Virus record (IMG/VR): IMGVR_UViG_3300045988_090936
Reading direction: 5' to 3' (one strand)
DNA length: 58,728 nt
From: a virus
Part shown: piece by piece, positions 56,664 through 58,728 of the stretch
Position numbering within the stretch: position 1 is the first letter of the stretch
How the letters are laid out: every line of letters begins with the position of its first letter
The notes under the pieces: model-generated
What the model saw: only the letters and a program-made list of their open reading frames with translations
Database searches by the model: none
Told to the model about the DNA's origin: nothing
Position numbers and translations under genes: made by a program

Positions 56664-57141
56664 TTATTTCCTCCTCATTATTATTATACGAACTAAAGAT
56701 TTCGTTATTTGATATTATTTCTCCTTTACGCTTTCTTGGTAAAGATTTATCTTCATTCATTGCATCCAACTCTTCTTTTGTATATTGTCTAAAGTTATAA
56801 GTTGTTTGTAATGATTTATCTTCTTTATGTAGTTCTGCTATTAAGAAATCTCTATGATTCCTTTCGCCAAGTTTCATTCTATTTTTACCATAGACATTCC
56901 ATAGCTCCCACATTTGTTTCATATACCTTCTTTCTATTCGAAGGTTTTGTAATTCATTTATTAGTTCTATAGCACCTGATCTTGTTATAGGTGTTACTTC
57001 TAAATAATGTAAAATATCTCTTATCTTCCACTCAATATCATCCAGCTGGTTTACATAGTTGTGAACTTCTTCTTCCATAGCGGTAAGATTATTTATACTA
57101 CTTATTACTTTGTTTAGCAGTTCCTCTTTCTTTCTTGCCAT
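56650..57141 (-). CDS. hypothetical protein
   Basis: ORF in the gene train. Confidence 0.5.
   Translation of the reverse strand: MARKKEELLNKVISSINNLTAMEEEVHNYVNQLDDIEWKIRDILHYLEVTPITRSGAIELINELQNLRIERRYMKQMWELWNVYGKNRMKLGERNHRDFLIAELHKEDKSLQTTYNFRQYTKEELDAMNEDKSLPRKRKGEIISNNEIFSSYNNNEEEIIDEE
56683..56690 (-). promoter_or_regulatory. CGTATAAT motif copy
   Basis: AGTTCGTATAATAATAATGAGGAGG upstream of 56445..56663. Confidence 0.45.
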
Positions 57142-57439
57142 ATAATACTTTCTTACCTCCTTGCGAACTCTTTTTATTAAGTTGATTTTTATAGTAATCC
57201 CTCTCTTCCCTTGTAGCAGAAAGTAGATTTCTTAACCTAGAATTTTCTCTTTTAATTCTTCTTGTTTCTAGTGGGTCAGTAAGGTTTTTAATAACCTTAC
57301 TATAAACATCTGATGCCATTACCTCTTTAAGAGTTTCAATTTCTAAAGATAAACTATTGTATTTCTTACGCCAATACCAAGAGGATATCAAATCGTCATA
57401 TTCCTCTGAATGCTTTTTTATCCATCTTCTTAAGTTCAT
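57098..57439 (-). CDS. hypothetical basic coiled-coil protein
   Basis: ORF in the gene train. Confidence 0.5.
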   Translation of the reverse strand: MNLRRWIKKHSEEYDDLISSWYWRKKYNSLSLEIETLKEVMASDVYSKVIKNLTDPLETRRIKRENSRLRNLLSATREERDYYKNQLNKKSSQGGKKVLYGKKERGTAKQSNK

Positions 57440-57753
57440 TATTTATCCTCCACAATGTATAAGTCATATCCTTTTTGAATATACTTATATCCATATTTTT
57501 TAACTAATTGGTCCATATAATGATAACTTGTACCTTGTTTTCTAGCACAATAATCTCTTTGAGTCCAATTCTCATTCAAGCAAGTTACATATGTATTAAC
57601 CATTTCCTTTTCTCTCTTAATGTTTTCAGCTTTGGCATTTTTCATTAACATACCTATTAGTAATCCAATAACTATTGCTAATAATATAACTCCAATTCTT
57701 TTTAATAACCTTCTTCCCCTTCTTGTTTTAGTAAAATAATTTCTCATAATCAA
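57439..57753 (-). CDS. membrane-anchored hypothetical protein (first gene behind the 57.8-kb promoter)
   Basis: TM IGVILLAIVIGLLIGMLM. Confidence 0.5.
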   Translation of the reverse strand: MIMRNYFTKTRRGRRLLKRIGVILLAIVIGLLIGMLMKNAKAENIKREKEMVNTYVTCLNENWTQRDYCARKQGTSYHYMDQLVKKYGYKYIQKGYDLYIVEDK

Positions 57754-57779
57754 ATCTCCTCTCTTTATTTTACAATTTA

Positions 57780-57808
57780 ATTATATGAAATATTTATGGA
57801 GAAATCAA
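57780..57808 (-). promoter_or_regulatory. housekeeping-sigma-type early promoter (TTGATT-17 nt-TATAAT)
   Basis: Minus strand ATGCCTTGATTTCTCCATAAATATTTCATATAAT; near-duplicate of 28784..28812 including the upstream AATGAATTTTAA..TTATGCC. Confidence 0.7.
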
Positions 57809-57840
57809 GGCATAAATTAAAATTCATTTAATTTTTTATA

Positions 57841-58479
57841 TTACTTGACATTTTTATTGACATTTCCGTATAGATATTTATCTAATCCTGCTTTAAAATC
57901 TTCTAACATTCCAGGACTTTCTAGAATATAGGTTGCTCTCATATCAGCCATATGTAATACCAATGATTCAGGATACTTATTAAATAAATCACTTGAACTA
58001 AAATAACTAGTATCTACAAATCCACCCATATGATTTCTTATCATAGCAATTTCTACTTCAGTTAATTGAATGTATTGTTGTGCAATAATAATACTTTTCT
58101 CTGCATGTCCCATTGGAAACATATCTTCTACTGTATAATATGGTTCTTGTACCCAAGCGCCATTCTTCTTAACATTTTTAGTATCCATTTTATAATAGTT
58201 AACCTTACATATATCATGTAACAATGCTGCTATAACTACTGTATCTTTTGGTATATTAAATAGTTGTAATAAATCTGACATTCTTAAGCATTCATAATAT
58301 ACATTTAAACTATGATGTAATAATCCACCTTCATAATTAGAATGATATCTTGTACTAGCTGGTGCTACTTTAAAATCTGAATTATCTAACCATTGAATAA
58401 GATTTTCTATTCCTTTTCTTCTTGTACTTAATAATAAAGTTTTGAATGTTTCCCATTCTTCTTGTATAACATTATTCAT
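57841..58479 (-). CDS. HD-domain metal-dependent phosphohydrolase
   Basis: RYHSNYEGGLLHHSL, AALLHDICK, GHAEKS, LHMADM. Start moved to MNNVIQEEW behind GGAGGGAG. Confidence 0.7.
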   Translation of the reverse strand: MNNVIQEEWETFKTLLLSTRRKGIENLIQWLDNSDFKVAPASTRYHSNYEGGLLHHSLNVYYECLRMSDLLQLFNIPKDTVVIAALLHDICKVNYYKMDTKNVKKNGAWVQEPYYTVEDMFPMGHAEKSIIIAQQYIQLTEVEIAMIRNHMGGFVDTSYFSSSDLFNKYPESLVLHMADMRATYILESPGMLEDFKAGLDKYLYGNVNKNVK

Positions 58480-58728
58480 AATGTACTTGCTCCCTCCTTT
58501 CATATTGAATAAAACAATCATCCCCTAGAATCAATTCTACTGGGTAACAAGTATCCATTTCTAATTTATATTCACCTTTATGAATTGAATCTATAAAAGG
58601 TTTGATTGAACTTTTTTTATCTACTCCATATTTCATAAACCTACTTGAACCACTAAATACCTGGTTAGTATATGGTTTAATGAATAGGAATTGAGGAAAT
58701 AATGGACTTTTTCTATTTACTGCCACTA
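58472..58728 (-). CDS. 3-prime part of the junction-spanning hypothetical gene (5-prime end is at 120..209 by circularity)
   Basis: Frame stays open to the window edge; sequence continuity with 1..209. Confidence 0.6.
   Translation of the reverse strand, partial: VAVNRKSPLFPQFLFIKPYTNQVFSGSSRFMKYGVDKKSSIKPFIDSIHKGEYKLEMDTCYPVELILGDDCFIQYERREQVHYE
58610..58728. repeat. second copy of the 119-bp terminal overlap
   Basis: Identical to bases 1-119. Confidence 0.9.

Noticed and set aside
1-58728. Lysogeny module, CRISPR arrays, or stop-codon reassignment
   Set aside because: I recognised no integrase, recombinase or CI-like repressor and saw no repeat-spacer arrays. All large genes read cleanly under the standard bacterial code, with no in-frame stops that would need recoding.

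Overview
The window looks like a complete, circularly closed genome of a tailed phage of about 58.6 kb. Bases 1-119 are identical to 58610-58728. The sequence is strongly AT-rich, and every gene I can support lies on the minus strand.

Layout, in the direction of transcription (descending coordinates):
- An early and replication block (28748 down to 213, continuing across the junction to 57841), fed by a TTGATT-N17-TATAAT promoter at about 28.8 kb. It encodes:
  - an SNF2 helicase and a replication initiator;
  - two sigma-like proteins;
  - a DnaC-like loader, a DnaB helicase and a DnaG primase;
  - a gp32-like SSB and a family A DNA polymerase;
  - a 7-deazaguanine DNA-modification cluster (Gat-QueC, DpdA, QueD, QueE, FolE, plus a Gpt-like phosphoribosyltransferase and a 67-aa membrane protein);
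  - a beta clamp and a three-subunit clamp loader;
  - a Cas4-like nuclease, RecA and two resolvase-like nucleases.
- A second small-gene early block (57753 down to 55484) behind a near-identical promoter.
- A 586-bp ORF-free, structured gap (54871-55483).
- One long late operon (54870 down to 28921): TerL, portal, Mu-F-like head protein, scaffold, major capsid protein, connectors, a PBSX-like contractile tail, baseplate, fibres, holin and a GH25/CW_7/LysM endolysin. It ends in tandem terminators.

I found no integrase or other lysogeny module, tRNA, CRISPR array or reverse transcriptase. The endolysin and tail module point to a low-GC Gram-positive host.

The most unusual observations are:
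1. Four tandem paralogous receptor-binding-tip genes sit inside the baseplate operon. Two are associated with 9- and 11-nt homopolymeric G tracts, and one of these tracts currently breaks its gene by exactly one base. This looks like a phase-variable host-range module.
2. A purine phosphoribosyltransferase and a mini membrane protein are embedded in the deazaguanine cluster.
3. A CGTATAAT motif is present 10 times on the coding strand and only in early regions.
4. A candidate structured ncRNA of about 340 nt lies upstream of the terminase gene.
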